From NCBI GenBank assembly GCA_034931985.1, contig JAYGHB010000031.1, positions 22,258-46,257 on the forward strand: a DNA stretch of 24,000 bases, written 5' to 3'. The translations under genes and the position numbers were made by a program. The DNA comes from Halotia wernerae UHCC 0503 (GTDB lineage Bacteria > Cyanobacteriota > Cyanobacteriia > Cyanobacteriales > Nostocaceae). The notes under the pieces are model-generated. The model was not told the origin of the DNA and did no database searches. It saw only the letters and a program-made list of their open reading frames with translations. The first letter of the stretch is position 1, and the number at the start of each line of letters is the position of its first letter. Shown one piece after another: positions 6,931-15,162 of this stretch.

Positions 6931-9027
6931 ATGCAGCCGGAACCCAAAGTAAACATCCTCCTAGTGGATGATAAAGTCGAAAACTTGCTAGCATTAGAGG
7001 CTATTTTGGAGAGGCTGGGAGAAAATCTAGTCAGAGCCACTTCAGGAGAGGAAGCTTTACGGTGTCTGTTGCATCAAGATTTTGCGGTAATTTTGCTAGA
7101 TGTGCAAATGCCAGGGATGGATGGCTTTGAAACGGCTACCTTGATTCGCAGCCGGGGGCGATCGCGTCAGACTCCAATCATTTTTCTAACTGCTTTTAGT
7201 ACTAGTGACCAAATGCAGTTTAAAGGTTACGCCTTAGGTGCAGTTGACTATTTGCTCAAACCCTTAGATAGCGATATATTAACTTCTAAAGTTACAGTAT
7301 TTGTCGAATTATTTAAAAAAACACTGGCAATTCAGCGACAAGCAGCCCAACTCACAGCTGTCAATGCTGAACTCAAGCAAAGTGAAGAACGATTTCGTTC
7401 TTTGAGTACCTGCTCACCGATAGGAATTTTTGAAACTGATACTGAAGGTTACTGTAGGTATACTAATCCCTGTTATCAGGCAATTTGCGGCTTGAGTGCG
7501 GTAGAAAGTTTAGGAAAGAAATGGTTAGAATCTGTACATCCAGAAGATCAAGAGCGAGCGATCGCCACTTGGTCGGCTTATCTGAATGAAGGTCGTGAAT
7601 ATTCAGAAGATTTTCGCTTTCAAACCACTGATGGTCGTGTCCGTTGGGTAGAAGTTCGCACTTCACGAATGCTTTCTGCACAAGGCGATTTGCTAGGGTA
7701 TGTAGGCACTCTCGAAGAGATTACAGAACGCAAGCAAGCAGAAGAAGTCCGCGCTCAGGTAATTCGAGAACAGACAGCCAGACAAGAAGCAGAAGCAGCA
7801 AATCGGATGAAAGACGAGTTTTTGGCCGTTCTCTCCCATGAACTCCGCACCCCACTGACCTCAATGTTGGGTTGGTCAAAAATACTTCGTTCCAAAAAAC
7901 TAGACGAAACAGCTACTGCTCGTGCTTTAGAAGCGATTGAACGCAATGCCACAACTCAAGTGCAACTAATTGAAGATATTTTGGATGTATCACGGATCAT
8001 CCGAGGTCAGCTACGGCTGAATTTATCTGCTGTCAATCTCATTTCTGTGATGGAGACAGCCCTAGACGCAGTACGTCCCCTAGCAGAGACGAAAGGTATT
8101 CAATTAAATACTATCCTGGATAGTACCTTAGGTACAGTCTGTGGCGATCCAGGTCGGTTGCAGCAAATTGTCTGGAATTTACTAACTAATGCCATTAAGT
8201 TTACACCTCAAGGTGGTAGGGTAGAAGTCCGCATAGAAAGTCTCAAACAGGGAACAGAAGCAATATTTCCCAATCCAGAAATCAAGCTGTCCCCTACTGC
8301 TGGAACTCTGGCTTTAAATACATCTGATTACGCCCAAATCCAAGTTATTGATACAGGTATTGGTATCGGGTCAGAGTTTTTACCTAAAGTATTTGAGCGT
8401 TTTCGGCAGGCAGACAGTACAACAACGCGATCGCACAATGGATTAGGATTAGGACTGGCGATCGTGCGTCATTTAGTGGAACTACACGGTGGCACAATCG
8501 TTGCAGAAAGTCCAGGAGAAGGACAAGGAGCCACCTTTACTGTCAAACTACCATTGATGCCAGACAATAAGGATTGTGAAGCAGCAAAAGAAGAAAGTTC
8601 TCCGCTTGATAGTGATACTTCTACCCCCTTCACCGGATTAAAAGTACTAGTTGTAGATGATGAAGCTGATACCCGTAACTTTCTCGCCTTCATGTTTGAA
8701 GAGTATGGGGCGATCGCCACTACGGTAGAATCAGTTGATGCTGCTCTAACAGTCCTCGAACAGTCACAACCGGATATCTTGATTAGCGACATCGGCATGT
8801 CAGAACAAGATGGTTACACACTGATTCGGAAATTGCGCTCCTTAGAACCAGAAAAAGGAGGATGTATTCCAGCGATCGCTTTAACAGCATATTCACGAGA
8901 AGAAGACCGTCGCCAAATTCTCTCATCTGGATTTCAACAGCATTTGTCAAAGCCTGTTGACCCCACCAAGTTAATTACTGCGGTTGCTAATGTTTTGGAA
9001 CTACCTCTACCAGTTCCAGTGAGTTAA
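6931..9027 (+). CDS. Hybrid sensor histidine kinase, REC-PAS-HisKA-HATPase_c-REC
   Basis: ORF open from GTG 6907, more likely ATG 6931. ILLVDDKVENLLALEAIL / LLDVQMPGMDGFE; PAS/PAC region; HisKA FLAVLSHELRTPLTSMLGW; HATPase NLLTNAIKFTPQGGR, DTGIGIG, GLGLGLAIVRHLVELHGG; C-terminal receiver VLVVDDEADTRN / ISDIGMSEQDGYTLIRKL. Confidence 0.93.
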   Translation: MQPEPKVNILLVDDKVENLLALEAILERLGENLVRATSGEEALRCLLHQDFAVILLDVQMPGMDGFETATLIRSRGRSRQTPIIFLTAFSTSDQMQFKGYALGAVDYLLKPLDSDILTSKVTVFVELFKKTLAIQRQAAQLTAVNAELKQSEERFRSLSTCSPIGIFETDTEGYCRYTNPCYQAICGLSAVESLGKKWLESVHPEDQERAIATWSAYLNEGREYSEDFRFQTTDGRVRWVEVRTSRMLSAQGDLLGYVGTLEEITERKQAEEVRAQVIREQTARQEAEAANRMKDEFLAVLSHELRTPLTSMLGWSKILRSKKLDETATARALEAIERNATTQVQLIEDILDVSRIIRGQLRLNLSAVNLISVMETALDAVRPLAETKGIQLNTILDSTLGTVCGDPGRLQQIVWNLLTNAIKFTPQGGRVEVRIESLKQGTEAIFPNPEIKLSPTAGTLALNTSDYAQIQVIDTGIGIGSEFLPKVFERFRQADSTTTRSHNGLGLGLAIVRHLVELHGGTIVAESPGEGQGATFTVKLPLMPDNKDCEAAKEESSPLDSDTSTPFTGLKVLVVDDEADTRNFLAFMFEEYGAIATTVESVDAALTVLEQSQPDILISDIGMSEQDGYTLIRKLRSLEPEKGGCIPAIALTAYSREEDRRQILSSGFQQHLSKPVDPTKLITAVANVLELPLPVPVS

Positions 9028-9260
9028 GTAGCTGATCAGTAATTTCGATAGCCTTGCTCAAGAGCGATCGCAATGCTTGCCATAGAACCCACAACAGGCT
9101 CTCTTACGCTGTGGTGTGCTAGTTTTTTGCGGAGATTTAGTCGAAGGAGGGAAAGTATAGCGAATTTGCGACCGGGAATATTCCGGTAGTGTTACTCGCT
9201 CCATAACTTAGTAGTAGATGTGTTGTATTGATTTATCGTAACAGGATGTTAAAAAAATAA

Positions 9261-9914
9261 ATGGCAATTAATAACTTGTTTACAGCAGGTGGTGTGGTGA
9301 TATGGCCTTTACTGGGTTTTTCGGTGTTGGCTGTAGCGCTGATTATGGAACGTATCAGCTTTTGGATCAGGATAAATAGTCGGCAAAATCGCGTCATCCA
9401 AGATGTGCTAAAGCTATATCGTTCAGATAATATAGTTGGCGCTTTGGATAAATTACAGCAAAATACTGATTTACCTATGGCTCGGATTTTTCTTGCCGCT
9501 TTAGAATTGGAAGAGCCAACGCCAGAGGAATTACGTTTGGCCTTAGAAAGTGAAGCACAAGCCGAGATTCCTTTACTCAAACGCTTTCAAAACATTTTTG
9601 AGACAATTATCGGTCTAGCACCGCTTTTGGGTCTTCTTGGTACTGTATTGGGATTAATTGCTTCCTTTGCTTCTTTAGATATTGGTGATGTGGGAGGAAC
9701 TAAAACAGCAGGTGTCACCGCTGGGATTAGTGAGGCTTTAGTATCTACAGCATCAGGATTAGTAGTTGCTATTTTTACACTTCTATTTGCTAATACTTTC
9801 CGTGGACTCTACCAACGTCAGATTGCCTGGATTCAGGAGTATGGTGGACAGTTAGAATTACTCTACCGTCGTCGTTATGAAAGAGGAAATAAATCTTATG
9901 CGCCTACCAGATGA
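9261..9914 (+). CDS. MotA/TolQ/ExbB proton channel family protein
   Basis: 217 aa; IGLAPLLGLLGTVLGLIASF, GISEALVSTASGLVVAIFTLLFANTFRG. Confidence 0.9.
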   Translation: MAINNLFTAGGVVIWPLLGFSVLAVALIMERISFWIRINSRQNRVIQDVLKLYRSDNIVGALDKLQQNTDLPMARIFLAALELEEPTPEELRLALESEAQAEIPLLKRFQNIFETIIGLAPLLGLLGTVLGLIASFASLDIGDVGGTKTAGVTAGISEALVSTASGLVVAIFTLLFANTFRGLYQRQIAWIQEYGGQLELLYRRRYERGNKSYAPTR

Positions 9915-10302
9915 ACCAGATATTCCAACCCAGATCAATATTGTGCCGATGATTGATGTGATATTTGCGATTTTGACATTTTTTATCATGTCAACTCTGT
10001 TTTTAACGCGGTCGGAAGGTTTACCAGTAAATTTACCTAAAGCGGCTATGGCACAACAGCAGGCATCATCTGCACCAATTACCGTTACTTTAGACCAAAC
10101 TGGAACACTCAGCCTCAATCGTAAACAAATTTCTCTGGATGATTTGGCACAAGAAGTACGTATATTAATTGGTTCTAATTCCGAAGGATTGGTAATTATT
10201 AATGCTGATGAGCGAGTTAAGCACGGTCAGGTAGTAGCAGTTATGGATCGCTTGCGTCGGGTACAGGGGGCTAAGTTGGCGATCGCTACTCAAAAACCCT
10301 AG
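9898..10302 (+). CDS. ExbD/TolR family biopolymer transport protein
   Basis: Open from 9877; likely ATG at 9898 (MRLPDEPDIPTQINIVPMIDVIFAILTFFIMSTLFL), canonical ExbD N-terminal TM with conserved Asp. Overlaps the exbB/tolQ-like gene by 17 nt. Confidence 0.9.
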   Translation: MRLPDEPDIPTQINIVPMIDVIFAILTFFIMSTLFLTRSEGLPVNLPKAAMAQQQASSAPITVTLDQTGTLSLNRKQISLDDLAQEVRILIGSNSEGLVIINADERVKHGQVVAVMDRLRRVQGAKLAIATQKP

Positions 10303-10314
10303 CCCCGCAAGGGG
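10303..10314. repeat. Short inverted repeat CCCC-GCAA-GGGG directly after the ExbD stop codon
   Basis: 4-bp stem, GNRA-type tetraloop. Confidence 0.4.
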
Positions 10315-10333
10315 AAATTAAAAATTAGTCTTG

Positions 10334-10374
10334 GAAAGTTGGGCGGGACGGAAACCGACACCGCCCGCTTTCCG
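10334..10374. repeat. Imperfect hairpin GGAAAG-TT-GGGCGG ... CCGCCC-G-CTTTCC
   Basis: 12 paired bases in two blocks (GGAAAG/CTTTCC and GGGCGG/CCGCCC) with 14-nt loop; in the intergenic region after exbD. Could be a transcript-end structure. Confidence 0.5.
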
Positions 10375-10578
10375 CAAAATTAAAAATGAATACAGCGTAA
10401 GCTTTTCATTGATTTGAAATGGGTGGTTTATTTACGCCATCCTCTACTAGTCCCTAGTCCCTAGCCTCTTTTCTTCCCTGGAATGTATTGCACACAACTG
10501 ATAAGCACTATATTTGCTCTACAATTTCTATTGTTAATGGTATTTTAAATAACCCATCGCTTTTTTAGAGGATACTCC

Positions 10579-10785
10579 ATGAACATTTGGGTAAATGAGC
10601 AAATTGATCCGTCTGGCATGATTTATGCCTGTATTGCCTGTTGTAATGAGTCTCAAGCTAAAGATTGTCATGAATCCTTTCAGCAGAATTTGACTGAGAT
10701 CCAAAAATCAACTGGTTGGGTAGCACAATTGCGGACAGTCAATTCTTGGGATGAAGTTCCTGTTAATGCTTTAAAACTTGATTAA
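10579..10785 (+). CDS. Small hypothetical protein (68 aa)
   Basis: MNIWVNEQIDPSGMIYACIACCNESQAKDCHESFQQNLTEIQKSTGWVAQLRTV...; good codon structure, no overlap with a better candidate. Confidence 0.6.
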   Translation: MNIWVNEQIDPSGMIYACIACCNESQAKDCHESFQQNLTEIQKSTGWVAQLRTVNSWDEVPVNALKLD

Positions 10786-10804
10786 GTTTTTGAAGCGATC
10801 GCTC

Positions 10805-11185
10805 TTACCGCATAATTGGACTGCCATGATGATGAACTAAATACCACTTACCACCCAAAAGTTGAAATATATTCGTAGCCATTGATTGTGCTTGTATCTT
10901 TTGACCCCCAATTACTTGCAACAGATTTTCTCTCAACACGACATAACCAGTGCGATCGTTCACTTCCGTAGTAATTATGTCAGTGTTAATTTCTATGTAA
11001 GAGGTGCTTTTAAATATCTGTTCCCAAGAAATACGAATATCTTTCCAGCTCCGTAGTACATTACGTCCTGGATGAATACAAAAACTACCAGTTCCTTGTG
11101 ACCATACAGCACTCATGGCTTCAATATCTTTTTTTTCAAAAGCTCGATAAAAAGCTGTATTAGCGGCTAAGACTTCAGATGTCAT
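10805..11185 (-). CDS. SnoaL-like / NTF2-like domain protein
   Basis: 126 aa; NTAFYRAFEKKDIEAMSAVWSQGTGSFCIHPGRNVLRSWKDIRISWEQIF ... WYLVHHHGSPI pattern. Confidence 0.8.
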   Translation of the reverse strand: MTSEVLAANTAFYRAFEKKDIEAMSAVWSQGTGSFCIHPGRNVLRSWKDIRISWEQIFKSTSYIEINTDIITTEVNDRTGYVVLRENLLQVIGGQKIQAQSMATNIFQLLGGKWYLVHHHGSPIMR

Positions 11186-11263
11186 GGTAATAGCAAATCA
11201 TAATCAGAGATTTGTCTATTATCTAATAACTTTTAAATTTTTTTCTAAAATTCGTGAACAACA

Positions 11264-11296
11264 AGATCCCCGACTTCTCAAAGAAGTCGGGGATCT
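11264..11296. terminator. Perfect hairpin downstream of the Rieske gene (candidate terminator or dispersed palindromic repeat)
   Basis: AGATCCCCGACTTCT-CAA-AGAAGTCGGGGATCT: perfect 15-bp inverted repeat with 3-nt loop. Located 10 bp past the minus-strand stop at 11307; no immediate T-run. Confidence 0.55.
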
Positions 11297-11306
11297 GAGC
11301 CTCTAA

Positions 11307-12272
11307 TTACCAATCCCGGTAAAGTCTTTCTGCATAAAACATAATTTCTTCGTTTGGTAATCTAATTTGGGGTTTTTGTCGAGGATATAAACTTTCAACT
11401 GCACTTGTATCTTGTTCAATAACTGTGGCTCCTGCTCGCAAAAATGAATTTTTAAACAGTAATTTCATTACAGGATTATTGAGTTTGGCATACATCAAAA
11501 TAAAAGTCTTAGTGATTTTTTCCGTTTCTGGGTAAAGAATATGAGTTTGAGCAATTTTAGCAATCGGTGTTTTGGCAAAGAAAACTGTAGTTGAAGGAAA
11601 AGCGTATTCGAGTGTGTTATTAAGATTTTTAGGGAAGATGCCCAAAACAGGATTTTTGAGAATTTCTCCTAGTGTGTTGTCAGAGCGTGTCAGTTCTTGT
11701 TCGACTTTAGCGTAGTACCCTTTTTCTTCAAAAGAAGTGACATTGCAGTATGTAATTTTAAACAATTCTTTATGAGTACCATTTTGGTGATTATAGTCAT
11801 AGTTAACCATCAGGTTACTTAAAAAATCACCTTGAATACTTTTTTCTCCAGTTACTCCAATAAATTGGTAGTTATCTACAATTTGATCATGCAAATCTGG
11901 AATTGACAATCTTGGCTCAAATCCGCCATAAGTCCAAATGCAATCATTACTAACAATTACCTCTAACGGTTTAGCAATTGGTTGGTTATCTTGTTTATCT
12001 TTGTGGTATAGTCTACCCTTGCTATCAAATTCTAACGCGTGAAAAGGGCAAGCAATAGTATCTCTTTCTTGGCAAATCCACCCCGCTGATAAAGGAGCTT
12101 GCATATGCGGACAGATGTTATCAAGGGCAAATACTTCGCCTTTTTGGTTTTGCCAAAGTACATAATCTTGAGTATTTAAAGTAATTTTATGGGGTTTATT
12201 TACTCCTAGCATTGATCTGTGAGCAATTAACCAAGGCGCGCCAGGTAAAATTGGTTCCATTTTGACTCCCAA
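11307..12272 (-). CDS. Rieske [2Fe-2S] domain oxygenase (aromatic ring-hydroxylating / pheophorbide a oxygenase-like)
   Basis: 321 aa; Rieske motif CPHMQAPLSAGWICQERDTIACPFH (CXHX16-17CXXH). Confidence 0.87.
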   Translation of the reverse strand: MGVKMEPILPGAPWLIAHRSMLGVNKPHKITLNTQDYVLWQNQKGEVFALDNICPHMQAPLSAGWICQERDTIACPFHALEFDSKGRLYHKDKQDNQPIAKPLEVIVSNDCIWTYGGFEPRLSIPDLHDQIVDNYQFIGVTGEKSIQGDFLSNLMVNYDYNHQNGTHKELFKITYCNVTSFEEKGYYAKVEQELTRSDNTLGEILKNPVLGIFPKNLNNTLEYAFPSTTVFFAKTPIAKIAQTHILYPETEKITKTFILMYAKLNNPVMKLLFKNSFLRAGATVIEQDTSAVESLYPRQKPQIRLPNEEIMFYAERLYRDW

Positions 12273-12321
12273 CGATCTAAATTATTTGATTTATTAAATA
12301 TCTCAAAGATCAGTAAGTTAT

Positions 12322-12374
12322 TCGTAGTCAGGACTTTAGTCCTTATTTCCCAAGCACTAAAGTCCTGATTACAA
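12322..12374. repeat. Imperfect palindromic element, same family as 13286-13319
   Basis: TCGTAGTCAGGACTTTAGT ... ACTAAAGTCCTGATTACAAA; shares CGTAGTCAGGACTTTAGTCCT with the 13286-13319 element. Confidence 0.7.
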
Positions 12375-12388
12375 ACCCTAAAAACTCT

Positions 12389-12408
12389 CTAACTAATTTT
12401 TTAGTTAG
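12389..12408. promoter_or_regulatory. Inverted repeat in the TetR/Rieske divergent region (candidate operator)
   Basis: CTAACTAA-TTTT-TTAGTTAG, 8-bp perfect arms. The 13-mer AATTTTTTAGTTA recurs at 12452-12464, 57 bp on, just before the tetR-like start. Confidence 0.4.
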
Positions 12409-12493
12409 TTATCAATTTAAACAATCTCATCTGATATGTCAACTACCAACCAATTTTTTAGTTAAGATGTTTTCGTTAGTATGATGGAAAAAC

Positions 12494-13153
12494 GTGGGTC
12501 GTTCAACACAGTCAAAACTCTCATCTAAAAAACCGCGTCAGCTGCGTGATGCAGAGGCGACGAAAAAGCAGATTCTGGATGCAGCAGAAGCAGAGTTCGC
12601 CAGAAATGGACTAAATGGGGCGCGAACAGAGGCGATCGCTAAAGGTGCAGGTGTCACCACAGCAATGATTTACTACTACTTCGAGAGTAAAGAAGGACTA
12701 TATCAAGCTGTTCTGCAACGTCCGGCGGTGGAAATGCACGAAGGGTTTGAGCAGCTAAATCTGGATCAGTTTCCACCAGAGGAAGCCTTAAAGATATTAG
12801 TTCAAGAAGCGATCGCCTATGAAGCTGCTCACCCATACCGAGGAATGCTGTGGTTCCAAGAAGCCAACCAAAATCAGGGAAAGTATTTTAAATTAGGGAA
12901 TTGGCAAGAAAATTTTGCCTATCTCATCAAAATTTTAGAACGAGGGATGACAGAGGGTTGTTTCCGTCAAATTGATCCGTTTCTTACCACTCTCCATATT
13001 ATTGGGATTTGTAATTTATACTTCAATGCTTACGAAAACATCAAGCATACTAGACCCGATTTGCAACTGCTGAGTCCAGAAATGATTGAGCAGCATACTC
13101 AAGCAGCGATTAATTTAATTTTGGCTGGAGTCCGGCTAGTACCAGATCACTAG
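12494..13153 (+). CDS. TetR/AcrR family transcriptional regulator
   Basis: 219 aa, GTG start; RDAEATKKQILDAAEAEFARNGLNGARTEAIAKGAGVTTAMIYYYFESKEGLYQAVL is a canonical TetR HTH. Confidence 0.93.
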   Translation: MGRSTQSKLSSKKPRQLRDAEATKKQILDAAEAEFARNGLNGARTEAIAKGAGVTTAMIYYYFESKEGLYQAVLQRPAVEMHEGFEQLNLDQFPPEEALKILVQEAIAYEAAHPYRGMLWFQEANQNQGKYFKLGNWQENFAYLIKILERGMTEGCFRQIDPFLTTLHIIGICNLYFNAYENIKHTRPDLQLLSPEMIEQHTQAAINLILAGVRLVPDH

Positions 13154-13285
13154 TACAACACGGCGGAAATAAACCTACTATCTAAAGCAGACAAAAAGCT
13201 CACGGTGTAAGACTTCTTTCTTTTGCCTTTTGACTTTTTACTTTTGCTTTCTCGTACTAGGGGTTCATCGCAAAAGTTTTGATAG

Positions 13286-13319
13286 GTTCGTAGTCAGGAC
13301 TTTAGTCCTGACTACGAAC
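13286..13319. repeat. Perfect 34-bp palindromic element between convergent tetR-like gene and murQ
   Basis: GTTCGTAGTCAGGACT-TT-AGTCCTGACTACGAAC, 16-bp perfect arms. Confidence 0.85.
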
Positions 13320-13346
13320 ATGTATCATCATCATCATCAAAAAGTT

Positions 13347-14273
13347 TTAGGTTTGCTTGTTGTTTTTGTAGCTTTCAACAGCGGTTCGGAGATTACCTTG
13401 GTGTTCTGATAATAACCGATCGCCCTCGTCTTTTGCTAAACCAGTCCAGTGCATCAAGAGCGCTAGTTTAACCCATTTTCCACTATGTTCTAGTAAAAAA
13501 CCAGCAGCTTCACGACTTAAACCTGTGAGATCTTGCAAAATTTGCAAAGCACGATCGCGTAACTTTTGATTTGTGACGGCGACATCTACCATGCGATTGC
13601 CATAAACTTTGCCCAATTTGACCATCACTCCAGTAGAAAGGATATTTAAAGTTAACTTTGTGGCTGTACCAGCTTTCAAGCGAGTTGAACCAGCTAGCAC
13701 TTCTGGCCCAGTTAACAGACGAATATCAATATCGGCATCAAAGCTCACTTGTGTTGCTGGAACACAAGCAATAAAAATGGTAATCGCTCCCCGCTGACGA
13801 GCAGCATTGAGCGCACCGTGGACAAAAGGTGTAGTCCCTCCAGCAGTAATACCGACTACTACATCTAGTTGTGTGATGTGTCTTTGAGCGATCGCCGCCT
13901 CTCCATCTTCAGTACGGTCTTCTAAATCCTCAGAACTGCGTACTAGTGCGCCAGCACCGCCAGCAATTATCCCCTGTACTAGTTCTGGGGGTGTACAAAA
14001 AGTAGGTGGACATTCAGCAGCATCTAACACCCCTAACCTACCACTTGTTCCCGCACCAACATAAAACAAGCGTCCCCCTTGGTACAAACGTTCCGCAGTG
14101 CGATCAATCGCTTGGGCCAACTGAATTTTAGCCGCAGCCACCGCCTCAATTGCCTTTTGATCCTCGCTATTAAATAGTTCTACTAATTCTAGAGAACTCA
14201 ACTGATCTAAGTTCAGACTATTTGGGTTTACTTGTTCGGTCAAAAGATGTCCGCGTTCCTGCAAATTTGTCAT
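13347..14273 (-). CDS. murQ: N-acetylmuramic acid 6-phosphate etherase
   Basis: 308 aa; GRLFYVGAGTSGRLGVLDAAECPPTFCTPPELVQGIIAGG, SSEDLEDRTEDG, VVVGITAGGTTPFV-like, GPEVLAGSTRLKAGTATKLTLNILSTGVMVKLGKVYGNRMVDV. Confidence 0.96.
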   Translation of the reverse strand: MTNLQERGHLLTEQVNPNSLNLDQLSSLELVELFNSEDQKAIEAVAAAKIQLAQAIDRTAERLYQGGRLFYVGAGTSGRLGVLDAAECPPTFCTPPELVQGIIAGGAGALVRSSEDLEDRTEDGEAAIAQRHITQLDVVVGITAGGTTPFVHGALNAARQRGAITIFIACVPATQVSFDADIDIRLLTGPEVLAGSTRLKAGTATKLTLNILSTGVMVKLGKVYGNRMVDVAVTNQKLRDRALQILQDLTGLSREAAGFLLEHSGKWVKLALLMHWTGLAKDEGDRLLSEHQGNLRTAVESYKNNKQT

Positions 14274-14342
14274 TTGTCATTTGTCCTATGTTGGTTGTCA
14301 ATAAGAAGGGTGTAGGGCGTGGAGTGTAGGGGAGAGAACTCC

Positions 14343-14771
14343 TTACAATAATCCTTCTAGTTGGCGACGAATTTTATCGAGTTCAGAATCAGATAATTCT
14401 GGTTCTTCGGCTGGTGGTACTTGGTTAAAACGAAAGGAGTCATCATCAGCATCCTCTTTCTGGTCATCAGCTTTCCAGTCGGTTTCTTCCAAGTTAATTT
14501 CTGGGGGAATAATTAAATCGCTATTTTCGGGGACGATTTCCCACTCGTAACCAGCACTTTCGCAAAACTCCTTAACTTCTTCAGCATCAAGTGCATCTAT
14601 TGTAGGTACGGGGAAATCTTGAGCTTCTAGCAAAAGAGCAAAGCGCAGAGCGTCGTCTTCTGACTCGAACATCAGAATTTTATTGCGATCGCCTACCCGA
14701 ATCGTGTGAATCCCCTCATTTTCGGTATTGGCATTAAAAATCAATACAAAAACACGCATTGGTGTAATCAT
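14343..14771 (-). CDS. DUF3110-like hypothetical protein
   Basis: 142 aa; MRVFVLIFNANTENEGIHTIRVGDRNKILMFESEDDALRFALLLEAQDFPVPTIDALDAEEVKEFCESAGYEWEIVP, conserved cyanobacterial/plastid pattern. Confidence 0.75.
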   Translation of the reverse strand: MITPMRVFVLIFNANTENEGIHTIRVGDRNKILMFESEDDALRFALLLEAQDFPVPTIDALDAEEVKEFCESAGYEWEIVPENSDLIIPPEINLEETDWKADDQKEDADDDSFRFNQVPPAEEPELSDSELDKIRRQLEGLL

Positions 14772-15162
14772 CTGTCCTTTTGTTCTAAAGTCTATTCATA
14801 TTAAAGTTCTAGGTTATGCACCAAGGAAAGTCATAGCAACAATTCTCACTTTATTAAAATTTTTCTGAGCGCGCCAGGAAAAAGGTAAGGGGGCAGGGGG
14901 GAATTTTCCTCTGGCTTTTCTTTCCTACTTTTGATCAAATTTAATAACCCGATTTGAGGTTTTATATGGATTTCAGGCTTTTATATCGCTTTTCTGGACT
15001 GGGAGGTGAGAAATCACACACAGGGACACTATTTCAACAGACACCTAATTCAGCCAAAATCTTAAATTGGTTTGTATGCTGGAATTAACATTATGAATAC
15101 ATGTGCTAGTTAGTGTCAGTAGTGTGCCAGCTACATCCAGCAAGTAAAAGTGACCCCCCCCT

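Noticed and set aside
7463-8798. ORFs 7463-7681, 7644-7841, 7755-7952 and 8469-8798 within the histidine kinase gene
   Set aside because: Shadow ORFs of a canonical kinase sequence.
9028-9260. Possible ncRNA or palindrome in the gap before the ExbB/TolQ-like gene (e.g. CCGGGAATATTCCGG)
   Set aside because: Only short imperfect symmetry; likely promoter/leader DNA, with nothing strong enough to call.
10443-10468. CTAGTCCCTAGTCCCTAG short tandem repeat
   Set aside because: Typical short tandem repetitive sequence of filamentous cyanobacterial intergenic regions; only two to three units.
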